DNA of 64,000 bases from Smithella sp. (GCA_049517435.1 JBEKRZ010000002.1:77659-141658), one strand, 5' to 3'. Shown: positions 50,085 to 59,936, counted from the stretch's first letter. Made by a program: numbers and translations. Notes: generated from the letters alone by a model not told the origin.

Positions 50085-50348
50085 ATGAAAGAAGGAATTC
50101 ATCCGGAATATAAAGAAACAACTATCACTTGTGTTTGCGGAAACGTCATTGAAACAAGGTCGACCAAAAAAGATATTAAGACGGAAATTTGTTCAAACTG
50201 CCATCCTTTTATGACAGGTAAGCAAAGACTTGTAGATACGGCGGGCCGCGTCGAGAAATTCAAGAAAAAGTACGAACCTAAAGCGGAAAAGCCGCAGGTT
50301 AAAAAGAAACAACCCACGGTAATTGTAAAGAAAGCAAAGACAGAATAA
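50085..50348 (+). CDS. rpmE: 50S ribosomal protein L31 with a Lys-rich C-terminal tail
   Basis: The product begins [26 protein letters not shown]...[12 protein letters not shown] and is followed by about 20 extra basic residues. Confidence 0.93.
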   Translation: MKEGIHPEYKETTITCVCGNVIETRSTKKDIKTEICSNCHPFMTGKQRLVDTAGRVEKFKKKYEPKAEKPQVKKKQPTVIVKKAKTE

Positions 50349-50646
50349 TTATATAAATTTTCTTAATGAAAAAACAAAGTACTGGATTATGTTTTTATGA
50401 TGAAAACTGCTCATCTTTCTTCTGCCAAGTTGCCTTCACCCGGCTATTTTTGTTGCCTTGATTCACTGGCTTCTCAAAGCATGGCGCTATACGCCTCAAG
50501 TTGCCCTCTTCCTTGCTTCCTTGACATTCTTTTGAATGCAAACAGGCATTACCATTTGTAGGTGCCCTTTCCAGTTGGAAGGAACTTATAGATGTGCCTT
50601 TTTTAAACTAACCTCAAAACTACAATATTTACTTTAAAGAAATAAC

Positions 50647-51714
50647 ATGGATATTATATTAGATAAACTTCGCGACATTGAAATACGCTACCGGGAACTG
50701 GAAGGGCTGCTTAGCGACCCTAAAATTGTTTCGAAGCAGGGCCTTTATCAAAAGTATGCCAAAGAGCATGCCGATTTAAGAGAATTAGTCGAAACTATAC
50801 GTCAATATGAAAAAATAAGGGATCAAATAGAAGAATATCAGGGAGTTTTAGCGGAAGGCGATGAGGAATTAAAAGCAATCGTTAGGGAAGAAATGCCGCT
50901 ATTAAAGCAGAAGCAAATTGATTTGGAAGAGAAGTTAAATATTTTGCTCCTGCCCAAGGATCCCAATGATGATAAAAATGTCTTTCTGGAAATCAGAGCG
51001 GGCACGGGAGGCGACGAAGCGGGCCTTTTCGCCGGCGACTTGTTTCGCATGTACGCTCGGTATGCGGAAGCTCAGGGCTGGCGTGTGGAGGTAGTGAGCA
51101 GTTCTTCGACAGGTGGCACCGGCGGGTTTAAAGAAATTATTGCCCTGATTGAAGGCAACGGAGCCTACAGCCGCCTGAAGTACGAAAGCGGCGTTCATCG
51201 TGTCCAGCGTGTTCCGGTTACAGAAGCGCAGGGACGCATTCACACCTCGGCAGTCACCGTGGCCATTATGCCCGAAGCGGAAGAAGTGGAACTCAATATT
51301 GATCAAAATGAACTGCGGGTTGACGTATATCGTTCCACCGGTCACGGCGGCCAGAGCGTCAACACAACCGATTCGGCTGTGCGCATCACTCACTTGCCTA
51401 CAGGGCTTGTTGTTACCTGTCAGGATGAAAAATCCCAGCTTAAAAACAAAATCAAGGCAATGAAAGTATTGCGCGCGCGCCTGCTCGATGCCATGGTACA
51501 AAAACAAAATGCGGAACAGGCGCAGACGCGCAAAAGTCAGGTAGGCAGCGGCGACCGCAGCGAACGTATCCGCACATACAATTTTCCTCAAGGCCGCATC
51601 ACCGATCATCGCATCAACATGACCCGCTATGATCTCGATAATTTTCTCAATGGCAACATCGGCGCAATGATTGACGCCTTGGCTACTCATTATCAGGCGG
51701 AATCGCTGAAATAA
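50647..51714 (+). CDS. prfA: peptide chain release factor 1
   Basis: The 355-aa product has the PxT-type tripeptide region ([14 protein letters not shown]) and the GGQ motif in [17 protein letters not shown]. Confidence 0.96.
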   Translation: MDIILDKLRDIEIRYRELEGLLSDPKIVSKQGLYQKYAKEHADLRELVETIRQYEKIRDQIEEYQGVLAEGDEELKAIVREEMPLLKQKQIDLEEKLNILLLPKDPNDDKNVFLEIRAGTGGDEAGLFAGDLFRMYARYAEAQGWRVEVVSSSSTGGTGGFKEIIALIEGNGAYSRLKYESGVHRVQRVPVTEAQGRIHTSAVTVAIMPEAEEVELNIDQNELRVDVYRSTGHGGQSVNTTDSAVRITHLPTGLVVTCQDEKSQLKNKIKAMKVLRARLLDAMVQKQNAEQAQTRKSQVGSGDRSERIRTYNFPQGRITDHRINMTRYDLDNFLNGNIGAMIDALATHYQAESLK

Positions 51715-51724
51715 GCTAATACGG

Positions 51725-51753
51725 GTATGAATCCCGCTTGTGCGGGATAATAC
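51725..51753. repeat. REP-like hairpin (ATCCCGC-N4-GCGGGAT core)
   Basis: gtatgaATCCCGCttgtGCGGGATaatac lies immediately after the prfA stop. It belongs to the same hairpin family as 54018-54097, 57552-57578 and the CCGC-ccat-GCGG hairpins in repeats A and B. Confidence 0.6.
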
Positions 51754-51781
51754 TAACGCTTCAAACTTCACTTCGTTTGTT

Positions 51782-51810
51782 TTACCACGGCGCTACACGC
51801 CTGGTATAAT
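51782..51810 (+). promoter_or_regulatory. sigma-70-type promoter candidate for the C1 peptidase gene
   Basis: TTACCA, a 17-nt spacer and TGgTATAAT (extended -10, TATAAT at 51805-51810). A 9-bp-stem hairpin AAGCTTCAG...CTGAAGCTT (51820-51849) follows in the leader. Confidence 0.5.
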
Positions 51811-51900
51811 TCATCCAGCAAGCTTCAGTGCACTTTGTTTCTGAAGCTTGGTAATCATTATCAGCGAGTCTCATTAAATTTTTTAAAGGAGGTCTCATGT

Positions 51901-52707
51901 ATGCCAGTAAAAAAAGTTGTTGCTTCAAAAAAAAGTAAGCTTAAAAGTTCCGGCTATGGGTGGGTGCCCGATGTGCCCGATCAACGTGATTATTTGCTTA
52001 GCGCCGTACTTCGTATACCGGCCAAGTTGCCTCCGCTGGTAGATTTGCATCCGCTCTGTTCGAAGGTCGAGGATCAGGGACAATTGGGCAGCTGCACCGC
52101 CAACGCTCTGGCCGGCGCGCTGGAGTTTCTGGAAAGGAAGGATAAAGTTTCTTTTGAGGATTTCAGCCGGCTGTTTATTTACTATGACGAAAGAGCCGTT
52201 GAACACACTATCCAATCCGACTCCGGCGCCATGATCCGTGATGGTATAAAGACACTGGCCAAACAAGGTGTCTGTTCGGAAAATAAATGGCCTTATATTA
52301 TCTCAAAATTCCGGGTTAAACCAACTCCAGCTTGTTACAAGGATGCGGCGAAACATAAAATTACTTCTTATCACCGCATCATCACGCTGGATGAAATGCG
52401 CGCGTGCCTGGCTGAAGGCTTTCCGTTTGTATTTGGTTTTACTGTGTATGAAAGCTTTGAATCTCAGGCAGTAGCGAAAACCGGTGTCGTGAACATGCCG
52501 CAGCAAGGTGAAAAGTCATTAGGTGGACATGCTGTTCTTGCCGTAGGTTACGATGACGCCAAGGAAAGATTTATTGTGCGTAATTCCTGGGGAGAGAACT
52601 GGGGAATGAAAGGATATTTCACCATGCCCTATAAATACGTCGCGGACAGAAATCTATCCGACGATTTTTGGACAGTTCGCCGCGGCGAAAATATGATTTC
52701 GAAATAA
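51901..52707 (+). CDS. papain-family (C1) cysteine peptidase with no signal peptide or pro-domain
   Basis: The catalytic Cys context is DQGQLGSCTANA, the His is in GGHAVLAVGYD, and the Asn/Trp are in VRNSWGENWG. The start is the ATG at 51901, preceded by AAGGAGG. Confidence 0.85.
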   Translation: MPVKKVVASKKSKLKSSGYGWVPDVPDQRDYLLSAVLRIPAKLPPLVDLHPLCSKVEDQGQLGSCTANALAGALEFLERKDKVSFEDFSRLFIYYDERAVEHTIQSDSGAMIRDGIKTLAKQGVCSENKWPYIISKFRVKPTPACYKDAAKHKITSYHRIITLDEMRACLAEGFPFVFGFTVYESFESQAVAKTGVVNMPQQGEKSLGGHAVLAVGYDDAKERFIVRNSWGENWGMKGYFTMPYKYVADRNLSDDFWTVRRGENMISK

Positions 52708-52757
52708 TAAGAAACGTAGATAAAGCATGGATCGGAGTTGATTTGATTAATCTGACG

Positions 52758-52805
52758 GTAAGAGATGGACATTGATGTGTACTGTCAATGCCCCTATCTC
52801 TTATC
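52758..52805. terminator. long imperfect hairpin between convergent genes (bidirectional terminator candidate)
   Basis: GGTAAGAGATGGACATTGA-(tgtgtac)-TCAATGCCCCTATCTCTTATC. It lies between the peptidase stop (52707) and the GNAT stop (52831). Confidence 0.4.
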
Positions 52806-52830
52806 TGAACCGGTATTCACTATATAGTTG

Positions 52831-53328
52831 TCATTCTTTATCTAATACATATGACATGAAAGTAACCTGAAAAGGTAAATGGGAAAATTCCTTGGTTTCT
52901 CCCTCAATAAACCCAATTCCCCTGTACCAGTTCTTGAGTTCAGTTTGCTCTGCAATAATTCCTATATTGACGCGATGAGCTCCAAGACTTTTTGCCTTTG
53001 ACAATACTTGAGTCACCAAAGCTTTCCCGAAACCTCGCCGCTGCTGATCGGGAAGAACCGCGAGGCGCTCCAGATAACAAACGCCGGGTTTTGCCTGTTC
53101 TAAAGCAACACATCCCACGACAACATTTTCATTTTCCGCAACGGAATACGTAACGCCGCGTTCCATATCTTTTTGAATCCATTCCTTTGTGCAATTGGAC
53201 GGATGGCGCGGCGCGTTCTCTTGATTCAAGCTAAAGCGCAAAGCTACATCCTGAAATGATCTGTGTATAGTTTCAACTATGACCTCGATATCTTTTTGTG
53301 TACAAACACGAATTTTAGGACTCAACAT
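52831..53328 (-). CDS. GNAT-family N-acetyltransferase
   Basis: The 165-aa product has the acetyl-CoA motif A LAVLPDQQRRGFGKALV and a typical GNAT layout. Confidence 0.85.
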   Translation of the reverse strand: MLSPKIRVCTQKDIEVIVETIHRSFQDVALRFSLNQENAPRHPSNCTKEWIQKDMERGVTYSVAENENVVVGCVALEQAKPGVCYLERLAVLPDQQRRGFGKALVTQVLSKAKSLGAHRVNIGIIAEQTELKNWYRGIGFIEGETKEFSHLPFQVTFMSYVLDKE

Positions 53329-53408
53329 TGGATATTACTTTTCTACTGCTAATGAAAAGCTCATAGGGAGAAGCACGTGCCGATCCCGTGCAGCGGCTTA
53401 TTACCAGT

Positions 53409-53810
53409 TTATTTCATCTGCATTCCAGGTGCATCATCTGGGCGAATTTCGAAACCATTACTCAAATAGAATCTAGCCCGGCCCGTTGCTGCAAACAACC
53501 ACACTCTTCGAAATGAATGTTTCTTACACTTTTCTTTTAGCATCTCAAGTATTGAGGTGCCAATACCTTGATTCTGATATTTGGGATCAACGATCATGTC
53601 ACAGACAAACGCGTAAAGAGCCCCATCTGATACTAGACGACCAATGCCAATCAGTGATTGATCATCATAGGCTGAAATCCAATACCAAGAATTATCAATT
53701 GCTGCTTGTAATACTTCATCGGATACTGAAGCAGAGGGTGCCCATCCTGTGCTTTCATACAGCTTCTTATATCCAGAAAGGGTTGGCTTAGAATTATCGT
53801 ATTTGATCAT
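53409..53810 (-). CDS. GNAT-family N-acetyltransferase
   Basis: The 133-aa product has motif A MIVDPKYQNQGIGTSIL and C-terminal FYLSNGF. Confidence 0.85.
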   Translation of the reverse strand: MIKYDNSKPTLSGYKKLYESTGWAPSASVSDEVLQAAIDNSWYWISAYDDQSLIGIGRLVSDGALYAFVCDMIVDPKYQNQGIGTSILEMLKEKCKKHSFRRVWLFAATGRARFYLSNGFEIRPDDAPGMQMK

Positions 53811-53977
53811 TATCTATTTCCTGGTAACAAATTATTCTCAGGTTTCTGTCTATCCCCACAAATTAATGTTTTTAAAAAACACCCTTTCAATAGCAACTTA
53901 CGATTTTTCTATTTGTGGTTTAATCTAACGAATTATGGAAATCTATTAAAATATTAACGATTTGGATTTATAAACAC

Positions 53978-54006
53978 TTGACATTTTTTTTGCAACAATT
54001 TATTTT
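53978..54006 (+). promoter_or_regulatory. sigma-70-type promoter candidate upstream of prmC
   Basis: TTGACA (53978-53983), a 17-nt spacer and TATTTT (54001-54006). Confidence 0.4.
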
Positions 54007-54017
54007 CATTAACATTT

Positions 54018-54097
54018 GTCATACCGGACTTGATCCGGTATCCAGAAATCATTAATAATACTGGATTCCGTGTCGCGCTTTGCTTGCACGGAATGAC
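54018..54097. repeat. inverted pair of REP-like hairpins
   Basis: GTCATaccggacttgatccggtaTCCAG (54018-54045) and CTGGAttccgtg...cacggaATGAC (54061-54097) face each other. The GTCAT...TCCAG frame is the same as at 57552-57578. Confidence 0.6.
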
Positions 54098-54146
54098 AAA
54101 ATGGTGTCTTAATTATTATTAGACCATACGTCCTGTAGGGGATACC

Positions 54147-55007
54147 ATGACCGTTCACGACATTCTCAATGAGGCAACTCATGATTTCGAAGCAGTGGAA
54201 ATTCCTTCCGCACGGCTCGACGCGGAAGTTTTGCTTTCTTTTTGCCTGGGTTGCGACCGTCTGGAGTTTTACAAAAATCCGGATATGACCATCAGCGAAA
54301 CACAGCTTGCTGCATTTAGAAATCTCATCGCCCGAAGATTGCAATGGGAGCCGGTGGCTTATATTACCGGCCGCAAAGAATTCTGGACATTCGTGCTGGA
54401 AGTAAATAGTACTGTGCTCATTCCACGCCCTGATACAGAAGTCATTGTCGAAGAAGCCATCAACATTTACCGTAAAATAGATTCTCCAGAAATAAAGATT
54501 TTAGATATTGGCACAGGCAGTGGTGCGATAGCCATAGCTTTAGCCTTGGAAATTACCGGCGCAAAAGTTGTTGCCACTGATATTTCGGAAGCGGCTGTTA
54601 ATCTGGCAAAAAAAAATGCGGCAGCTTTGGGACTCAAAGAAAAAATCGATTTCCGGCAGGGCAATTTATTTGAACCGGTTGACGGTATTTTTGATATAAT
54701 CGTTTGCAATCCGCCTTACATTTCGGCCCGAGAATATGAAAAACTTCCCGCGGGGGTGAAAAATTACGAACCGCGAGAAGCCCTTTGGGCCGGAAAAAGC
54801 GGACTGGAATTTTACGAAAAATTGATATATCAGGCGGCAGGTTTCCTGCAAAAAAATGGTTGGCTTTTGTTGGAAATTGGAGCTAAACAGGAAGCAGGTG
54901 TCCGCGGGATCATGGAAGCCGCAGGTTTTTATGACAGCATCGAGATGCGCAGAGATTATGCCGGACTGCCGCGCGTGATTAAAGCAAGGAGAAAAATTAG
55001 TGGATAA
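54147..55007 (+). CDS. prmC: release factor glutamine N5-methyltransferase
   Basis: The 286-aa product has the SAM motif [13 protein letters not shown] and the catalytic CNPPYI, with HemK-like N-terminal helices. Confidence 0.92.
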   Translation: MTVHDILNEATHDFEAVEIPSARLDAEVLLSFCLGCDRLEFYKNPDMTISETQLAAFRNLIARRLQWEPVAYITGRKEFWTFVLEVNSTVLIPRPDTEVIVEEAINIYRKIDSPEIKILDIGTGSGAIAIALALEITGAKVVATDISEAAVNLAKKNAAALGLKEKIDFRQGNLFEPVDGIFDIIVCNPPYISAREYEKLPAGVKNYEPREALWAGKSGLEFYEKLIYQAAGFLQKNGWLLLEIGAKQEAGVRGIMEAAGFYDSIEMRRDYAGLPRVIKARRKISG

Positions 55008-56247
55008 AATAGTTATTCAAGGCGGAAAACCTCTATTCGGAGATGTTCAAATCAGCGGGGCAAAAAATGCCGCCCTGCCGATATTGGCCTCGGCCCTCTT
55101 GACCTCGGGCGAAAATACATTTCATAATATCCCCGATCTTGTGGATATCAAAACGATTAAAAAACTCTTAAAAAGTATGGGTGTGCAAATTGATGGAAAT
55201 GAAACTTGCAAGGTAAGCGCTGAAAAGATTACCAGCTGTGACGCGCCTTATGATTTGGTTAGAACCATGCGTGCATCGGTGCTTGTGTTGGGGCCGCTGG
55301 TTGCCCGTATGGGCGTCGCGCGCGTTTCTCTTCCCGGCGGCTGCGCGATCGGCGCAAGGCCGGTTAATCTGCACATCAAAGCCTTGCAGGATATGGGGGC
55401 GCACGTAGAATTAAACAACGGCTATATTGAAGCGAAGGCCAAAAAATTAAAAGGGGCGGATATTTATTTTGATCTATCGACTGTAACCGGAACAGAAAAT
55501 GTCATGATGGCGGCAACGCTGGCGGAAGGCACTACTGTTTTGAACAACTCCGCGCGCGAACCCGAGGTTGTCAATCTGGCGGATGTTTTAAAGGGCATGG
55601 GAGCGAAAATCAGCGGAGCAGGCACCGATACAATAATAATTGAAGGAGTTACTTCGCTAAAGCCTACGGAAGCAGCGATTATTCCCGATCGGATCGAAGC
55701 GGGAACTTTTATGATTGCCGCCGGGATGACGGGCGGTGAGATAAATGTTATCGGCTGCAATCCTCATCATCTGGAAGCATTGATCAACAAACTGCGGGAT
55801 ACTGGCATGAAGATTTCGCCCATTAAAGACGGCCTGAAAGTATCTTCCGGGGAAAAGATTAACAGTGTTGATATTAAAACTCTTCCTTATCCTGGATTCC
55901 CCACCGATTTGCAGGCGCAGATGATGGCTTACATGTCCATCGGCAGCGGCTTGAGCGTGATTTCCGAAACTGTTTTTGAAAACCGTTTTATGCATGTCAG
56001 TGAATTGCTGCGGATGGGAGCAGATATTGTTATCCAAGGCGGCAACGCGATTGTCCGGGGTGTGCCGATGCTGCGCGGCGCACAAACGATGGCTACGGAT
56101 TTGCGGGCTTCCGCTTCTCTGATTTTAGCGGCGCTGGTGGCTGAAGGAACGACGGAAATTTCCCGCGTTTATCATATTGATCGCGGTTATCAGGCAATAG
56201 AGAAGAAATTTTCCGCGTTGGGCGCGGACATAAAAAGGACGAAATAA
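55000..56247 (+). CDS. murA: UDP-N-acetylglucosamine 1-carboxyvinyltransferase
   Basis: The 415-aa product begins (GTG)[28 protein letters not shown], has the active-site [15 protein letters not shown] and the motif FPTDLQAQ. Confidence 0.96.
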   Translation: MDKIVIQGGKPLFGDVQISGAKNAALPILASALLTSGENTFHNIPDLVDIKTIKKLLKSMGVQIDGNETCKVSAEKITSCDAPYDLVRTMRASVLVLGPLVARMGVARVSLPGGCAIGARPVNLHIKALQDMGAHVELNNGYIEAKAKKLKGADIYFDLSTVTGTENVMMAATLAEGTTVLNNSAREPEVVNLADVLKGMGAKISGAGTDTIIIEGVTSLKPTEAAIIPDRIEAGTFMIAAGMTGGEINVIGCNPHHLEALINKLRDTGMKISPIKDGLKVSSGEKINSVDIKTLPYPGFPTDLQAQMMAYMSIGSGLSVISETVFENRFMHVSELLRMGADIVIQGGNAIVRGVPMLRGAQTMATDLRASASLILAALVAEGTTEISRVYHIDRGYQAIEKKFSALGADIKRTK

Positions 56248-56251
56248 TAAC

Positions 56252-57538
56252 ATGAAAATTATTAAAGCCGACGCTGTTGAGTTTAAAGATTTTTTCCGTG
56301 AATTGCGCCAAAGGGGAGCTGCCTACTCTCCGAAGCTTTTATCAGACGTGACGGAAATTGTGCATGATGTCGCTGCCAGAGGCGATGAAGCTCTGTTTCA
56401 ATATACAGAAAAATTCGACAAATATAAATTAACCGCGGCAACAGTAGAGGTAACACCCACGGAAAGAAAAGATGCGCTGTCTTTAGTCCGGCCGGAAGAT
56501 TTGGAAGTTATTAAATCGGCAGCCCGGCGTATCGAAAAATATCATCTCAATCAGATTGTCGAGGGATGGTCTGCTAAGGCTGAAGAAGGCGTAGAAATGG
56601 GACAGATGGTTTTGCCCCTGCGGCGTGTGGGTGTTTACGCTCCCGGTGGTAAAGCTTTTTATCCTTCGACATTGCTTATGGCGGCGATTCCGGCGCGCAT
56701 AGCCGGAGTGGAAGAAATTATTTTAGTCAGTCCGGCCAGAGACGGAAAATTAAATCCGCTGATTGCCGCGGCAGCCGAGGTAAGCGGAGTGAAGCGCATA
56801 TTCAAGGTTGGCGGCGCGCAGGCAATAGCGGCGCTGGCTTACGGTACAAAAACTATTCCACAGGTTGATAAAATAGTGGGGCCGGGAAATGCTTATGTTG
56901 CCGCGGCGAAAAAACTCGTTTTTGGCCAGGTTGATATAGATATGATTGCGGGCCCAAGCGAGATCGTTGTTATTGCCGACAACACGGCAAACGTTTCTTT
57001 TGTGGCGGCTGATATGCTGGCACAAGCCGAACATGATGAAATGGCGGCGGCTGTTCTTTTGACGCCGTCTGAAAGTTTAGCCCGCAATGTATTGCAGGAA
57101 ATTGATCAGCAGCTAAAAGCTTTATCGCGAAAAACAATAATGGAAAATTCTCTCGCCAAATACGGAGCGATTATTATTACGGCCAGTGTTGATGAAGCGG
57201 TGGATCTCGCCAATCTCTTCGCGCCCGAACATTTGGAGTTGATGGTGGAAAATCCCGCCGGAATCTTGGGTAAAGTAAGAAATGCCGGGTCCGTTTTTCT
57301 GGGCTCATTTACGCCGGAGGCATTGGGTGATTATCTGGCCGGCTCCAACCATATTCTGCCGACAGAAGGTACGGCGCGTTTTTCTTCTCCGCTGGGAGTT
57401 TATGACTTCTACAAACGAATGAATGTTATTTCTTTTTCGCGGGAAGCTTTGAAAAAGCTCGGCGGCCCAACAGCTCACTTTGCCCAGATGGAAGGCCTCG
57501 ATGCTCATGCTAATTCAGTCCTTGTGCGCGGCAAATAA
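56252..57538 (+). CDS. hisD: histidinol dehydrogenase
   Basis: Motifs in the 428-aa product are YAPGGKAFYPSTLLM, AGPSEI, AQAEHD and EHLEL. Confidence 0.95.
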   Translation: MKIIKADAVEFKDFFRELRQRGAAYSPKLLSDVTEIVHDVAARGDEALFQYTEKFDKYKLTAATVEVTPTERKDALSLVRPEDLEVIKSAARRIEKYHLNQIVEGWSAKAEEGVEMGQMVLPLRRVGVYAPGGKAFYPSTLLMAAIPARIAGVEEIILVSPARDGKLNPLIAAAAEVSGVKRIFKVGGAQAIAALAYGTKTIPQVDKIVGPGNAYVAAAKKLVFGQVDIDMIAGPSEIVVIADNTANVSFVAADMLAQAEHDEMAAAVLLTPSESLARNVLQEIDQQLKALSRKTIMENSLAKYGAIIITASVDEAVDLANLFAPEHLELMVENPAGILGKVRNAGSVFLGSFTPEALGDYLAGSNHILPTEGTARFSSPLGVYDFYKRMNVISFSREALKKLGGPTAHFAQMEGLDAHANSVLVRGK

Positions 57539-57551
57539 ATACTTGAATAGT

Positions 57552-57578
57552 GTCATTCCCGCGAAGGCGGGAATCCAG
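57552..57578. repeat. REP-like hairpin GTCATTCCCGCGAAGGCGGGAATCCAG
   Basis: The stem ATTCCCGC/GCGGGAAT with a GAAG loop lies 14 nt after the hisD stop. Read antisense it produces the spurious peptide WIPAFAGMT seen in ORF 57515..57973. Confidence 0.7.
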
Positions 57579-57638
57579 TATTTAAACTTTGAATTGTCCG
57601 AGAAATTGTGTACGCCGCCGCTAAAGAAAACTTTGTAA

Positions 57639-58412
57639 ATGCAAAAATCAAAAATCAACAAATATCCTTCGGTAAAAACCATCAGCGACGCGCAGCGCGT
57701 CGGCATGGTCAAAGAAATCTTTTCGACCATTACCGGCAAGTATGATTTTTTAAACCATTTGTTGAGCTTGCGCCGCGATATTGCCTGGCGGCGTTTCGCG
57801 ATTAAAAAAATGGTTTTCTTTAAGACCAACAGATTCCTTGATGTTGCCTGCGGCACCGGAGATTTATCGATTAACGCCTGCCTGAAGCATCGGCAGATAA
57901 AAGCTGTCGGCGTTGATTTTGTCTTTCCAATGGTGGAGGTGGGAAAAAATAAGATAGAGAAAAAAGGTCTCACCGGTCAGTTGAATTTTATGCAAGGCAA
58001 TGCCTTGAGACTTCCCTTTCACGACAATACTTTTGACGTTACCGGCATAGCTTTCGGAATTAGAAATATTCCCGATAGAACGAAAGCGCTCCGAGAAATG
58101 TTGCGTGTTACCGTGCCGGGAGGACAAATAATGGTGCTGGAAATGACTTTTATTGAGAACCGCTTTTTCAAATTATTTTATTATATTTATTTGAACTACC
58201 TGCTTCCCCTGATGGCCAAGGTATTTTCCAAAAACTCCGCCGCGTATTACTACCTTGCCGATTCCATCATGCACTTTCCGTCACCGGATGCATTCGCAAA
58301 AATCATGCAGGATACCGGCATGTCCGGAGTTGAAATATATCCCCGCACTTTCGGCATTACCTGCCTGTATGTCGGGAAGAAGCCGGCAGAAGCTAATTTA
58401 AAAGCAAGTTGA
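57639..58412 (+). CDS. ubiE: demethylmenaquinone / ubiquinone C-methyltransferase
   Basis: The 257-aa product contains VKEIFSTITGKYDFLNHLLSLRRDIAWRR, the SAM motif LDVACGTGDL, and GIAFGIRNIPD. Confidence 0.9.
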   Translation: MQKSKINKYPSVKTISDAQRVGMVKEIFSTITGKYDFLNHLLSLRRDIAWRRFAIKKMVFFKTNRFLDVACGTGDLSINACLKHRQIKAVGVDFVFPMVEVGKNKIEKKGLTGQLNFMQGNALRLPFHDNTFDVTGIAFGIRNIPDRTKALREMLRVTVPGGQIMVLEMTFIENRFFKLFYYIYLNYLLPLMAKVFSKNSAAYYYLADSIMHFPSPDAFAKIMQDTGMSGVEIYPRTFGITCLYVGKKPAEANLKAS

Positions 58413-58666
58413 AAATCAAGCAATAGTTCGCGTTTTTCCTGCGAACGGCGGAACTAAGCGGTGACATGAACATGCAGAAAGCGAAGCTTCCAGTGCATGT
58501 GAAATGCCAACCGACTTCAGTGATTTGTTGGCGCCGCGCGGATCAGCGCGCAAGGCCTAATTATATTTATATTTATTAACTACAATATCAGAACTCATTT
58601 AAATTGTCAGACGCCAATAAGGAGCTCAAAAACGGTAGATTAGCTTTTTAGGCATCTCTAAATTTA

Positions 58667-59917
58667 TCAATTCGACTTCTCAGAAGTAAGGACATTAACG
58701 TCTCGTGACATAGTATCTATTAGTTTTTCAACTATTTCCCAATTCTTCATTGAATAATTTCCAAGCATACCCATAGTAACAGTATCCTTGAAAGTGGAAA
58801 AACTTAACTGTATAGCTGGTTGATTCTTTATAGATGTTAGCATGTACGCATCAATAATCTTATGACCGCTGAAACATAGTTTTTTATCGTCAATAATACC
58901 AAGGTTTGATATTGATATACCTAAAGATTGAATCTCTCTGGAAAGTATTCTATCAAACATATTTCGTGGGAGTAATTCAAATAATGAGTTCATGATTAAT
59001 ACATTCTTAATGCCAGGGAAGTGCGATTTTATTTTTCTCATATACTTACTTATTTCTTGAGATAAATCAAAAAAACTTTGGTTTTTATTGACTATTGTCA
59101 TACTTTCCATTGAAGAAAAATTACCGAATTGTGAAACAGGGTATTTGTTTATATATCTTCTTAGATCGAACATTATTTGTATCGTAACCCTGTCTATTTT
59201 TTCATGTTCCAGACAAAATATTGCGTGAAAGAAAAGTGTAAGAATAAAATCATTAATAGTAATCCCAGATTTTTTGCAAATACCTTTTATGATCTGGAAT
59301 TCTACTACATCGATCTTGAATAGTCCCAGTCGGGTTTCTATATCATCATTTTTATCGCTCAATATTTCTATTTTTGTTCTATTATATGTCTTCCTGAATA
59401 GAGAAAGAAACTTCTGTTTTGCTGATATATTTTTGAACAAGGTATTCATCCGACGATCCAGATTTATCTTGTCAATAGAATCATTTGAGTAGATTTTCGA
59501 CAACAAGTAGAGATACAATTTTAATCCAGAACCATCAAATACCATATGATTTACGGTAATAATAGCGACATCATTAGCATCTTGACATATTATTTGAACA
59601 AATATCTGTGGTCCATTATTTCCAGGTATTTTTTTCAGATACTCAACGATATTTTCCTTTGATATGTTATTAGTATTACGAACACAAAAGAAATCATCAT
59701 CTGTGTAATCACTCTCTTCCCAAAGCACTTTACTTCCTGTCTGCGAATACTTGCACCTAAGAACAGGGACATAGTCAAAGGAAATATTTACAGATTTTTT
59801 GAACCTATCTGTATCTATATGTTCCTTAAATATAATAATTCCCCTTACCTGATGATCGTTCACTACGTCCTGGAGTTTGATATATTCATCCAATAATTCT
59901 ACTGGATATTTATTCAT
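58667..59917 (-). CDS. cassette ORF: condensation/HxxxDG-type acyltransferase-like protein
   Basis: The 416-aa, very AT-rich ORF carries the motif ITVNHMVFDGSG, which resembles the HHxxxDG catalytic motif of the condensation/WS-DGAT/PapA5-type acyltransferase superfamily. No closer assignment is possible. Confidence 0.5.
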   Translation of the reverse strand: MNKYPVELLDEYIKLQDVVNDHQVRGIIIFKEHIDTDRFKKSVNISFDYVPVLRCKYSQTGSKVLWEESDYTDDDFFCVRNTNNISKENIVEYLKKIPGNNGPQIFVQIICQDANDVAIITVNHMVFDGSGLKLYLYLLSKIYSNDSIDKINLDRRMNTLFKNISAKQKFLSLFRKTYNRTKIEILSDKNDDIETRLGLFKIDVVEFQIIKGICKKSGITINDFILTLFFHAIFCLEHEKIDRVTIQIMFDLRRYINKYPVSQFGNFSSMESMTIVNKNQSFFDLSQEISKYMRKIKSHFPGIKNVLIMNSLFELLPRNMFDRILSREIQSLGISISNLGIIDDKKLCFSGHKIIDAYMLTSIKNQPAIQLSFSTFKDTVTMGMLGNYSMKNWEIVEKLIDTMSRDVNVLTSEKSN

Positions 59918-59936
59918 AACTTATTTCCTTTTGGAT

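Noticed and set aside
50935-51771. A 278-aa ORF on the minus strand.
   Set aside because: It is entirely antisense to the well-supported prfA gene and has an Ala/Arg/Cys-rich, low-complexity composition. It is a shadow ORF.
52708-53408. attC sites flanking the two GNAT genes, which are typical integron cargo.
   Set aside because: The intergenic palindromes at 52758-52805 and around 53350-53395 lack RYYYAAC/GTTRRRY boxes. They look like ordinary terminator hairpins between or after the genes.
57515-57973. A 152-aa minus-strand ORF, and the similar 111-aa ORF at 54009..54344.
   Set aside because: They read through REP-like hairpins, giving the tell-tale peptides WIPAFAGMT and FWIPDQVRYDK, and overlap the ubiE and prmC 5' ends. 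They are artefacts of the repeats.
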